64,000 nt of DNA from Moniliella sp. 'wahieum' (taxonomy: Eukaryota): positions 310,001 through 374,000 of the forward strand of contig RSEE01000060.1 of NCBI GenBank assembly GCA_003971905.1, written 5' to 3'. A program made the translations under genes and the position numbers. Numbering within the stretch: position 1 is the first letter of the stretch; each line of letters begins with the position of its first letter. Positions 1 through 10,811 of this stretch are shown piece after piece. The notes under the pieces were generated by a model. That model did not search any database. It saw only the letters and a program-made list of their open reading frames with translations, and was not told the origin of the DNA.

Positions 1-1899
1 AAAGGGCGTGGTCCAGGAAGCCGTGAGGGTTGCGGGGAAGACGTGCCAAAAGCGGCAGCGCAATTTGGTTTCCCCCTGTGGCAGCGTCCAGCGAGCCGTG
101 CGGGTGGACGATCCCACTGACCCGGGGGAAGGGATTGCATGCTGTCCACGGTTCCCGGGGCGAGGAGGTCTGAAGGACCAAGTCCTGTAGCGGCTTGTGC
201 ATGATATTCGACCAGCAGTCTAGGTGGCCCTTCCCCTCCCTCCAATGCGGCGCGAGAGTGAGCGGGACATGGTCCGCCGTCTTGCTCGCTGGATCCACTT
301 GGACTTGGTACTTGGCCAACACGCATCTACCCGAACCAATAAGTCCAGCAAGGGTCAGAACATATTCTCCCTCCTTTGCGTTCGGCTGAAAGAAAGCTGG
401 GTTCAATGAGAACCGATCTAGCCCAGCGGCATTTTCGAGGCGGACGGTAACCTGTCGGCTACCATCAACGCAGGGTCCAGCTGAGCTAGCATCTCCCCCA
501 CAACCAACAGACGATTGACCTCCCCGCCCACAAAGTATGCGTTGACTTTCTCTTTGACTTGGAGGTTCAGCCCCCGATGTCAGGAGGGAAAGATTGAGAG
601 GCGGGGCGTGGAACGGGTTGTCCCGCCCCAAGCGGGGGGACGAACGACGGTGTGGGTTGCTGCTGCTCGAGGGGGCCAAAGTACCACGAATCGACTGAAG
701 TGCCGCCTTCTGATGCAGGTGAAATGGGGGTTGAAGGGATTGGCTCAGAAAGATGGTATGAATGGCTATTTCCCATACGGGCATGCCCAATTCCCCTTCA
801 ATCCATCTCGCGAAACTGCGAGCCTAGTGTCTGGAGACTGGGGCGGGAGGAGAAACGAATCACCCGACCCCTCGTCACCTCGGGTGGAGGTGGGTCATGT
901 ACCGATCACTTAACAGGCAGAACCTTCCCCCAAGACGGAGGGGAAGGTGGGCATGTCCCCCGATCCGACGAGAAAAGAACTTGCTACACGTTTACCCGCA
1001 AGCATGGTACGTCCACGACGAATCAAGCTGGTTGGCTCCTCGGTTTCGGGCGAGTGCTCCTGGAACCCGGGAGAGGTGGTGGTCCTTATGTTGCCACCCG
1101 AGCTTGGTCAACGCACCTCGTATTCCAGTCTTCTCCGGGAGACTAGGTACAGACGAGCTGCGCTGGTCGCGCGAAACGTGACCGCGTGCTAATTCAAGGC
1201 TTTTGTAAGTGGGCGCTGGGCCGCTTCCTGAAAGCCGGAGCGGGGGAGCAGGACGACGGTGCCTCCCGCTTGCCTGGACAAAGGCGAGCAGCTCCTTCTG
1301 TACATCAAACGCGAGCGAGGCCTGTAGAGCTAGGTCAGCTGCACCTGCCAGCTGGGTACTGGTGTCAGCTGCGCCCGTCTCAAAGCGAGTCAGACGACAT
1401 CCTTGATGAGGGTGAGGCGTTGCTGGTCGGCCTGTTGGGCAAGGCCAAAGGCCGGCATCGCCTCCTCCCGCCATCGATCTGGGTCGGTGTCGGCCAAAGG
1501 AAGTGCCTGCCGGAGCCTGGCTTGGATGGCAGGGACCTGGGCCCATGGGCCGTTGGAGGGAGCGTTGCGAAGAAGCTGAACACAGTGTTCGACCGTTTGC
1601 TCACGGGCACGGTGGACTTGGACCAAGGCATCCACCTCGCTCATCAGAGCGTCGAGGATGGGACGGACGTCGTCTGGGACGATATGGTCGTGGCTAAAGA
1701 AGGGGCGCTGGGCCAGCTTGGAGAGGGCGCGTGCATGATCCGCGTCGATTGCGCGACGGGCTGAAAAGTACTCAGCTAGCTCGTCCGTCAGTGTGGCAGC
1801 TTGGCGGAAACGCTGCTCCAGCCGCTGGATGGCGTCGGCAGGGTCGGAGGACAAGAGGGCCTGGGCATAGGCTTGGGGCGATAGGTCGGCGCTCTTCAT
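1..1899 (-). CDS. SYP1: Muniscin (Syp1/FCHo-like) endocytic adaptor: N-terminal F-BAR/FCH domain and C-terminal mu-homology domain; frameshifted, 3' end at or beyond the window edge
   Basis: ATG at 1899 gives MKSADLSPQAYAQALLSSDPADAIQRLEQRFRQAATLTDELAEYFSARRAIDADHARALSKLA (FCH-like). The minus strand near 480-570 reads GLNLQVKEKVNAYFVGGEVNRLLVVGEM, resembling the first strands of the muHD of fungal Syp1. Confidence 0.8.
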
Positions 1900-2783
1900 G
1901 GGGAAGAACACACAGGTCGACGTGGTTGTTGAGGGGAGGCAGAAGAAGAAGGAGACGAGTGGAGGGACTACACAAAAGCACTAACGATCCCCACAGAAAA
2001 GATGTTTGTCGGTGGATGTTGAGTACGTGAACGTTTTGATGGCCAGTAGGCCCCTGGTGGCTGAGCTGCAGTGCTGTGGACCAACTGAGCTGAGCAAAGA
2101 AACTCCACCAGAAGAGATCGATGAGTGCTCAGCCTGTGCTCAGCTGTGACGGACGCGCTGATGTGAGGCGCAGCTCAGCGCTCAGCGCTAGCGCTCAAGC
2201 TCAACCTTGACAGCTTGATCCTCAAGCTGCCTTCAAGCGACACGCTTCTGGCGTCAAGCTTTAAGCTTCAAGTCCATCCAGCTCGGAAGCGCGAAGCTTG
2301 ACGTGAAAAGTGAAGCTTCAATCTCTTCAAGCTTCAAGCTTCAAGCTTCAGGCATTCTATGCCGAGAGGTGGGGGTTTATAAGTAGCCTTTATGTTGATC
2401 TCTTCTCAGATTCTCAGGCCTGAGGGGTGCCAAGTGACTAAGGCAGTTGGTGACTAAGTTAATCCTTAGGCCTTCCGGTGAGGTCACTTAAAGCTTAATT
2501 ATCGACTTGTTTAATGTCACGCGCTGAACAATATCACTCGCACTACCAACGTCCAACCTCCACTGCGGAACGACACCGGGGCGGAACAGGCGCTCGCACC
2601 ATCCGCCGGGCCTCCACCACCCGGGGCGTTTTCCTTCTTGCGAGCAAAAACCAGCGCATGCTCCAGCGAACCACACGTCCCACACCACCGCCACCACCAT
2701 CTGCCACCACCACCATCATCACTACCATCTGCCGCGCTTCACCCGTTTTTTTTTCTCTGGTACGTGGCGTGCTCCCTGCAGCT

Positions 2784-2860
2784 GGGTATGATTCGAATCA
2801 TCCAGTTCTGCTATGAAGGATCAGTGAAGACAACCCAAAATACCAAAAATCCTATGACCT
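2784..2860 (+). ncRNA. snR61: Box C/D snoRNA, snR61/U38-like (guide for LSU rRNA 2'-O-methylation, yeast Am1133 site)
   Basis: Box C-like ATGATT 2788-2793; guide CCAGTTCTGCT 2802-2812, antisense to conserved LSU AGCAGAACTGG; D'-like ATGA 2813; C'-like GTGAAGA 2824; second element TACCAAAAAT 2841-2850, antisense to the adjacent LSU ATTTTTGGTA; D-like ATGA 2854; terminal GGGT/ACCT stem. Lies just inside a GTACGT donor at 2760. The D' spacing is one base short of the D+5 rule, which may be an indel error. Confidence 0.8.
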
Positions 2861-3000
2861 TCTCTTTGTCTGCCCACGAGGGCCACTGGGACACATGGCT
2901 GGTTTTGCTCTGTTCTGTGTTGTGCTGTGCTGTGGTGTGGTGCGTTACGTGTTGTGCTGTGGACGTATGGTATGTACTCTGTTTCATACGGTCATCCAGA

Positions 3001-3099
3001 GCGAAGATGATTCTATCCCTTTTATTGAGCTGGTGAGCTCGTGGCTCGACCACGGCATACCATGAGCCTTGGCTCTACTATGCACCACCATCTGAGCCT
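3001..3099 (+). ncRNA. snR55: Box C/D snoRNA, snR55/U33-like (guide for SSU rRNA Um1269, yeast numbering)
   Basis: Box C-like ATGATT 3007-3012; guide CTATGCACCACCA 3078-3090, antisense to conserved SSU TGGTGGTGCATGG; box D CTGA 3092-3095. The D+5 rule points to the middle U of UGG-U-GGUGCAU. Confidence 0.85.
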
Positions 3100-3655
3100 T
3101 TCTGCCTTGCGTTGCGCAAAGCAAGGCGCAAGCCTCTCCTCGCTTACTGGCTACTGACTCTTTTGTTTTGTGGTGTTGTTTTGATCCAGTCTTCCCGCCT
3201 GCTTGTCCTAATCTAAAGATCACGCTTGATCGGCAATCTGCACTTGCCTTGCCCCATCACTTTGTCGTCTGCACCTCACATAGCTTTGCCTGTCCTATAC
3301 CAGCCCCCCCCCCCCCTTCCCACGTCTCCCCTTGACAGCTTAGGTTAGACGGACAGCAGCCAGGAAACGCCCCCCGGATCAACGTAATAATCATCGCAAG
3401 TGTCAATCGTGCCAACCGAGCCATATAAGGCCGCTGTGGGCCGACAAGAAGTTCAGTGTCGCTGGACGCAGGGTAGAGAGGATGAACGAGTGCGAATGCA
3501 TACTACTACCCACCCAAGGTTTCCTACTACGACCTCTGGGATACGAAGTGCGCGGTGGCAATATCAAATTTCCAAGGCGGGGAGCCCGCGCGAGGGGAGG
3601 TACTTGGAGGGGGGGTATCTATCCAATTATCTACGAATAACTTGGAAAAAGTTGG

Positions 3656-6600
3656 TTATCTCGGTAACGTCGTGAGCAGTGCCGAGCTAAGCGAGGCGCA
3701 GCGCCTCGCCCGCTTGGTTTCCCGCGTTGTCGGGCCGGATGCCATCGGACGCGCTGTCGCGGCGCGAAGACGAGGACGCGAGCGAAAAGCTGAAACGCTG
3801 TACCCAGCTATCGCGACGCGGAGCGTTCGTAGACCAGGGCGGGTCGACGCCAGTGGTGCGGATGCCGTTGGTGCTGAAGCCATTGGCGCTGAAGCCATTG
3901 GTGCCGATGCCATTGGTGCCGATGCCGATGCCGACGGCGCCGTTTGAAGGCGGGGGGGCGGAGGTGTGGTCCGAGGCGAGGGTGGAGAGGGTGGAGCGGG
4001 GGGAGCGAGGTGCGCACGCCAGCGCGCTGGGCAGCCAGAAGATCAGCTTGCAGTACGGCGCGGCGTAGCTGAGCTTTAGCCAATTCCAAGCGTGTGTGGA
4101 GCGCAGCTGGGTGGCGAGCGCCGTTGCAGCCGTCTCGATTCGTTCGCGTGTGGACTTGAGCAGGGGCGCGAGGAGGCCGAGGTGGTGGGCTAAGCGGGTG
4201 TGCTGGTCCAACTGGGCTTTGGTACGATCGTACGCTGTCTCAGCACGTTGAAGACGAAGTAAGAGTGCTTCCTCGTACGCCTCCACGGGTCACCCGCTTC
4301 TTCCCCCCGTTCCAAACGGGCCAAGAGAGCGGCTTGGTCCATGGCAAAACGTCGATCTTGCGGATCCCAGCCCAGCGGTAGACAGCACAATAGTTGATCT
4401 TGTTCACCCAATCGTCCCGCTCCGATACGGAGGCCGCGTCGCACCACATCCGTCGTCGTTGGGAACCGAATGTCAAAGTACACTTCCAACCCCTGTGGCT
4501 GGTCCGGCACCGGTACCGCCAGAGCGTCACCCAAGTTGGTAATCTCATCGGGTAGAAAGTGGTGATGGCCGGGGAGATGCGGGTGGGCTCGCCCCAGGGG
4601 CCAGTGAGTTGGTCTGTGCCAGCTTGGGCTTGGATCTGCGCTGAAGTGCTTCGCACCAGTCGGTATCGCGAAACCAGAGCAGCTGAGACGAAGAGAGAAT
4701 GCACCCCCACTGCCGCGCCCGCCCACTCCTACGCGTCAAGAGCGCAATCTTGGCTACCCGCACCCCTATCGTCTCGTCCTCCCCAGCCGACACCTCGCAG
4801 ATGGGCGCATTGACAAATGCAAGCTTCATCTTGGTGTCGTCCAAGGCGATGTAGCTGGCCGGAAGCAGCGGTGCGCAATCGGAGAGCATGGATCCAGGGG
4901 CAGTTGCAGGTCCTGCACCCGCCTTGGCGCATCAACTCATACGGGTTCGGCACCTTCTTTGTCCCCGGCGCAAAGGGGGCGAGAACCTTGGGCAAAGCCG
5001 AGTCTGGCCGGCGGTCCTCATGGACATAGGCAAACTCAAAAGCAGTCGTATTGTCAAAGAGGTACCCAAGTACGTCCGGGTCGAGCCCACTGGTTTCCTG
5101 CGTATTGCGGAGGTAGGCGGCAGGTCCATGCGATTCTTATTGTTGGGTTGAAGTGGTCAGTGTGCAGCATGATGAGGGAAAAGGCAGTGATGGAGGCCTG
5201 GTCCAAGGTGAGCAGGTCGGGTGACAATGGATGTACCGTCGTGCAAAGGTATCGAGCACCCGGTCAATCTGTTGGGTTTCCTTGGGCAGCTCGTACTCGG
5301 ACAGCAATTTGCGCAGGGCAAAGTCGATGGCCAAACCAGAGAAGGACATGTGCGCCATAGCAGCTGTCAGGCAAGCCAGCGAAAATTCGTCCCCTTGGGC
5401 TGACAGTAGAGCCACCAGCCGATGATGACCCACCACTATCGCCGCACGAGCCACGTATGCATCTGGCTCGTCTTCCCCCCGATCTGGGAGGCAAGCGTTA
5501 TCTGTCTCAAGAGGGACGTCGGGACCTAGATCCGACTTGGCCAGCACAGCGCTGCTTCGGCGAGAGAAGAGTTTGCGTGGCTCCTCTTCTCCTTGGCCGG
5601 AGAGGGCGGGTGGCCGCGAAATGCCAAAGAAGGACGTAATCCGGTTTCCGCCCTCTCTTTCCTCGTCGTGGGCAGAGGAGAGTCCACCCCCTGTGGCAGG
5701 ACGGCGACGCGAAGTAAGCTGAGTGCGGCTACCGATCCGGTCGGTAGGTGTATCATCCGAGAAGGAGTTGCGCCGCGTGTGGACATACTGCAGGCCACCT
5801 CGTCCTCGACTGGGACGAGGAGAAGCGACAACAAACCGCGCCTCGCCCGACGGGGGCTCTGAAAAGTCAGGAGGAGAACGAGGAACTCTATGTGGAAGTG
5901 GGGACGACGAGAGGATAAAGGTATCCACGATGCTCCCCGGGGCGTCGAAGGCAGAGAGAGTGGGAGCGGTGGGGATTGAGAGATCCTGCTGGAAAAACTG
6001 GGGGGTAGAGGGGAACCTGGGGACATGGTGGCAGCAAGCCTCGGGCCAGGCGTGCGGCGAGAAAACACACCGCCCCTTCCGAGGGGGTGAGAGTAAGGGG
6101 CTGTGATACAGAGTCGACGACCGACCTTGAACGCGCCGGCGCGCAAGGAGAGTGCGCTTTAAGCTGCCTGCACTGTTTAGGTGTCCGCCCCGGCGGTAAG
6201 GGCCGAAATGGAGGGCGTGCCAGAGGAAGCTTGTCCCGACTCGGGGGTAGGGGCGGCGAGGGGGTGGAAGTCAAATGAACCTCGGCCGGAGAATGTGTCC
6301 GAAGCAGGCGACATGGATGGGAGCGCTAAGCGAGAAGGAGGTGACAGGTCAGTCCCTGCTCTGTTGAGCCAATGCAGTGCCAGTTGACTTGGGACCCTCG
6401 GCTCCACCGGGGTAACCTTAGCAGGAGAAGCAAAGCCATGGAGGAGCCAGATTGGTCCCTGGCAAGCCGAGGGGATGGGACTGGGATGCTCTCGGGTTGC
6501 TGTAAGCACCGGGTGGGGACCAGGAACCGGGTCGAGCGTATCCTGTGGCTCGTGTGCGAGCCTGGATGCAGGAGGGTAGTATGGGAAAACAGGAGCGGCC

Positions 6601-7133
6601 CCTGGATCGTGGGGAGGCTTGAAGAGGGGATCCCACTGTGCCGCCGAGAGGATTAGTACGGCACCACTACGGGGTAAAAACGACAGGCGAGGGGGGGACA
6701 GGAACGTACGTTCGACCGGATGGGGTCACCCTCGTCCCCTCTGAGTCGGGGGCGGTGAAGAGGAAGGATGGTCGTGGGGGACAGTATGGGGTGCGGGGGC
6801 GCAGGAGGAGGAGGAAGAGGAGGAGAGGGAGTACTGGGCAAATGGCTGGGGCCACGGATGGGGAGAGGAGGATTGGCTGTGCTCCGATGACTGACACGGC
6901 GGGGGGACAGGCGGGTGGGTGGCGGCCAGGCCATCGGCCATGGCGGATGAGCACGGCGCCGAGGGGGGAAAGGGCGGGGGGGGAGTTGCTGTGGGGGCGG
7001 TGGATGTTGGTCGCGAGGGGGGCCGCAGAGGAGTCGGGCGGGGAGGGGGGCGCAATGGGCTGCGCAAAGGCTTGGGCGGCATGACTTTCCGCAGCCGCAG
7101 CACTCACGAGGCAGGCGTCGCTCGGCGGGCCAT
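3656..7133 (-). CDS. SYT1: Sec7-domain ARF guanine-nucleotide exchange factor with split PH domain (Syt1-like); frameshifted, 5' exons uncertain
   Basis: Sec7 core FSGLAIDFALRKLLSEYELPKETQQIDRVLDTFARRYIHCHP (ORF 5137-5928); PH-like RQWGCILSSSQLLWFRD (4545-4889) and ASVSERDDWVNKINY (4240-4710); C-terminal coiled coil with HLGLLAPLLKSTRERI. Possible first exon from ATG 7133 followed by a GTGAGT donor. Confidence 0.8.
3855..3933. repeat. Degenerate 15-bp tandem repeat (GGTGCYGAWGCCATT), about 5 copies, at the 3' end of the Sec7 gene
   Basis: ggtgcggatgccgttggtgctgaagccattggcgctgaagccattggtgccgatgccattggtgccgatgcc read directly. Confidence 0.85.
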
Positions 7134-8697
7134 ATGACGACCGACGGGAGGTGGCGGTGGCGGGGAGGGGGTGGTGGTGGTGAAGGCAGACGCCTGGTGG
7201 CAGCGACGAGCGCGGTGGAGTGGATGGCGATCTGATCGGCCCAGTCAGTAGCAGCTTGTGGTGAGGAGGTTATAGCCGGCCGATGGATGGCAGGCCATTA
7301 ACCCAGCACAGCCCGGGGTGGTTGCGGCTATGCGATTGATGGGCGGGAGCATTTGACATGGCCAAGTTGACAGGCACTATTCACGAGGCAGGACTTACTC
7401 AGTATTCAACTAGGCAGTACTTCCTCAGTACCCACTAGTCCCAGCCAGATACACTCCAAGTACGTTTGCCCTCCCTCCCCGCCGCCCTTTTCTCTCGTCT
7501 GGCCGGGTGTGTTCGGCACCAATGAGCGACGGGACAGCCAAGACGCCCATGGATGATCACTCGATCACTAACTAGCTTCACTAGTCACTTGATCCAACCA
7601 TTCATCGACCATTCAAGATTCATCATCGATCAATGATCGCATCAGACAGAGGTTCTCTCGATCAGAAAACGATCCTCCCGATCATCGATCTGAGCGCAGC
7701 CACTCTGGTCCACACAACGCCCACATGCTCCCCCCTCTTCCCCGTGTTTGCACCACAACCCCGCACGCCACACAGAGTGGTATGTATGGTGCATGTCCCC
7801 CCCCCCTCCCTCCATCTATCGATCTAGTAGTGCACCGCACCACCTGGTTCCGATCCCGCATCCCCGTGGTGGAAGGATGCACGCCAGCCCCTCCCATACC
7901 GCCACACGAACACGGAACATGTGCAGGCTTGCGCACAGATCGTCCATCGTCGTAGCCTGGCTCATTCTCCGACTCTTTCTCGAAAGCGATGACGCTTCAC
8001 CCGCCCATGCGACCTGGCCCTTGGATCTTGATTTTTGCCCTTCGTTACCTTTTCATCTCGGTAGTCCCATGATGTTTTTCCCTTCATGAAGGCGAAATCT
8101 CTGGCTGCCGCCGGCCTGAGGCTCCTATAACACCTGCCGTTGCCTTGGCGCACCTCTCGACTCCTCTCCATGTCTACCCCTGGCAATGCATGCTTTGAAA
8201 AGTAATCCACTGCTTGATCTGACAGCATGTGGCAGACTATCCACCACCCTAGCCGCCGCCTGTCAGCAAGACTGCGGCCCGTCCGGGACCCGGTGAATAG
8301 CTGAGGCAACGTGGGGGCAAGCTGTCGGGCAGGTTGTCTCGACCTTGCGACGATCTTGCCGCTAGCGTCCCTTGTCCGAGAGTGTGGCAACACTGGTGAT
8401 CTGGGATCACGACAGTTAATCTTGGGCAAGGTCCGCGGCAACCTCGTAACCAGAAATTTCGATTAGCTATGAATGGCCAACGTACATCGGGCAGCTCACG
8501 CAACGATGCACTTGACCAAGCGTATCGCCTGCTATGGCTGTGTTCGTATTGTTCCCATCAAGCCTAGAGCTACAAAAACGGTTCCAAGGGTTGCCTTTCC
8601 ATGCCGCCATGTCACAGTCAATATCCACATCCAATCGACAATTGCGGCCTCCGGCCTCCAGGCCGATGGCGAAGAAACAAAACCACACGGAGATGCA

Positions 8698-10284
8698 TCA
8701 CGTCTGACCACGGAGAACTTTTCAAACATATCCACACCGGCCAAGTAACCGTGTTCGTACTCCCGAGCTGCCCGACTTGCCCTTTTCAGCTTCGTATGCG
8801 GCCTGGCGAATGGCCGCGAGCGATTGCTTGTAGCCGACATTGGCCGGCTGCGGGCCCGAGGGGTGTACCAGAACGCGGTGGCGTCCGTCCAGGCCTGTTG
8901 AACCCATCCTCAACCGCCAGTGCTCGTATTGCCCACCCTGCTTGTCCCATACCCCCGAATGACCAGCCAACGACTTGCCGCGCTCCTGTTCTCCGCCTGG
9001 TTGGCTGCGTCTTCGCCCGGTACGTCGTGCGGGTCCTTGCCCAGCGCAAACGACAATAGGTTCCCACAAGTGCAGCACGCCTTCCTCCACCGCCGAGTAG
9101 AACCCCCACCCACAGTCTTTCCCGCCTTCCTTTTTCAACGTCCAGAAAAAGTTGCGCCGCACGTGTCTTCAAGAGACGGAGCTGGGAGTGGGCCCAGTTG
9201 GTCTGCTGGCACGCTTGTCCTCATTAGGGTCCCAGAAGTGTTGTGGCAGCAGCGCTCCACTCGCCCACAATCAGGCTGCCCTTACCCTTGCCGCTGGCGT
9301 TGGAAAAGTGTTGGTAGGTCTTACGCCTGGGCGGACGCTCTCGGCATGTTGCTGCAGAAGAGTTTGTGGTCTTCCGGGGTAAAGGCGCGGTAGAGGTGGT
9401 GGTCGACAACGAGCGGGTTGAGGGGATGTTCCGCACGCCTCCAAACTGCTCCACGTACCAATCCAACGTCCACGCATCCGATACGTAAATCGGCACCGAG
9501 TTCGTCTGCAAAGAGTGGGTGGCGTGTCGAATGGGGCCCAGTGCCTCATCGTAAAACGCAGTCAGGTTCGGGCCGTTCTTGGGCTCGTTGAGCAACTCGA
9601 CCCGACCACATTCTCGTAGCCTCCCACGGCCTTGACCAGCTCGACCAAAATCTGCACCGTCTTCTTTGGTTGCTGCGAGCGTCCGAGCCTTCCAAAAGCC
9701 GGCTTGTCAATGCTCAGACCTACATGGCCATCCGTATTCTGGCCGCCTGGGGCGCATGGAGATCGACCAGGACGCCCACCCCGTGCTGCTGCGCCTTCTC
9801 AATCGCCTTTTGCACTACCCCCATGCATCCTTGTACGTGTCGGCGTACTTTTCGTACTCGGTGCCCTTCATCAGCTCGGGCGCAGCCTGGGGCAAAAGTG
9901 GAAGTACGCAATGGGCAAGCGGACGGTGTTGACGCCATGGTCCACCAGCCAGGCCCAGTCACCATCGTTGATAAAGTTGGCCCAGTGCTGGGTCAGACGA
10001 CGCTTGACCTCGTCGGCGGGCAGCTGCTTGTTGAGGTCAAACTCGCTCTTGGGATCTTTGACGCCTTCAAAGAGCGAGCCGGTGAGCCAGGTTTCGAGCG
10101 AAAACCACGAGCCAAGGTTGACGCCGCGCTGCTTGCGGTAACGGTAGTGCAGCACGCTGGGCGGCAAGGCGCTGACATCGGACGCGGCGCCGCCTTGCGC
10201 CGTCTCGTCGCCGCCGCCGCTGGAGGAGCTGCCAATGTCGAGCTTGGAGAGTTTGCTGTCGATCTTGTGGAAGAGCTTGTGCAT
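8698..10284 (-). CDS. Glycoside hydrolase family 5 (glucan 1,3-beta-glucosidase / exo-glucanase-like), no signal peptide; frameshifted
   Basis: YRYRKQRGVNLGSWFSLETWL; HWANFINDGDWAWLVDHGVNTVRLPIAYFH; VGVLVDLHAP; catalytic acid/base ELLNEP; nucleophile region LIVGEWSAA; FFWTLKKEGGKDCGWGF. The 3' end is approximate. Confidence 0.92.
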
Positions 10285-10811
10285 GGTTGTCAGGGGGGGG
10301 GGGGGGGTGATGGGGGCAGGGCGGGGCGTGGCGATGGCGGCAACTTTTATTCGAAGACGGGATGCCTCAGCGTGAGCGCTGCGTGCGCAGGCGACATGAC
10401 ATCATGAATGTGACATGGCTCAGGCAGCCACCCAAAGTTTGTTGTTTTGTGCGTCAGAAGCCAGCAGTTCGCACCACCAAGCCAAGAAGTCTGGGCAGCG
10501 CACGGGCCAGCCATGCGATTGCGCCTTGCGAAGCAGCGCGGCGGCCGCACGGGGGCACTGGCACCCACCAGCCAGCGGGGGCTGTGCACCGAGTACCTTC
10601 TCCTATCTCGGTCACCATCCCAGATCCCACCGGCGAACGACGATGCACCCGCTGGATCGCATCGGCCCGAACGGAGAGCCACGCCGCCATCGCATCGGAG
10701 GGTCCGTTATCCCCTCCATCCCCACCCCTTTCCCCACCATCCATCCCATCCCATCCCCCCCCTAGACTACATAGCAACACAACTGCCAGCCCCAGGCAAG
10801 CACAGCGAGTA

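Larger units (their letters stand above)
2690..3300 (+). ncRNA. Putative spliced non-coding snoRNA host transcript, divergent from SYP1; ends approximate
   Basis: Donor GTACGT at 2760, a second donor-like GTATGT near 2970, branch ACTGAC near 3153 and acceptor CCAG near 3189 enclose both snoRNAs. No credible ORF. Confidence 0.55.

Noticed and set aside
8066..8122. ATGATG...CTGA box C/D-like pair inside a possible intron
   Set aside because: Only about 50 nt long, and I cannot identify an rRNA-complementary guide.
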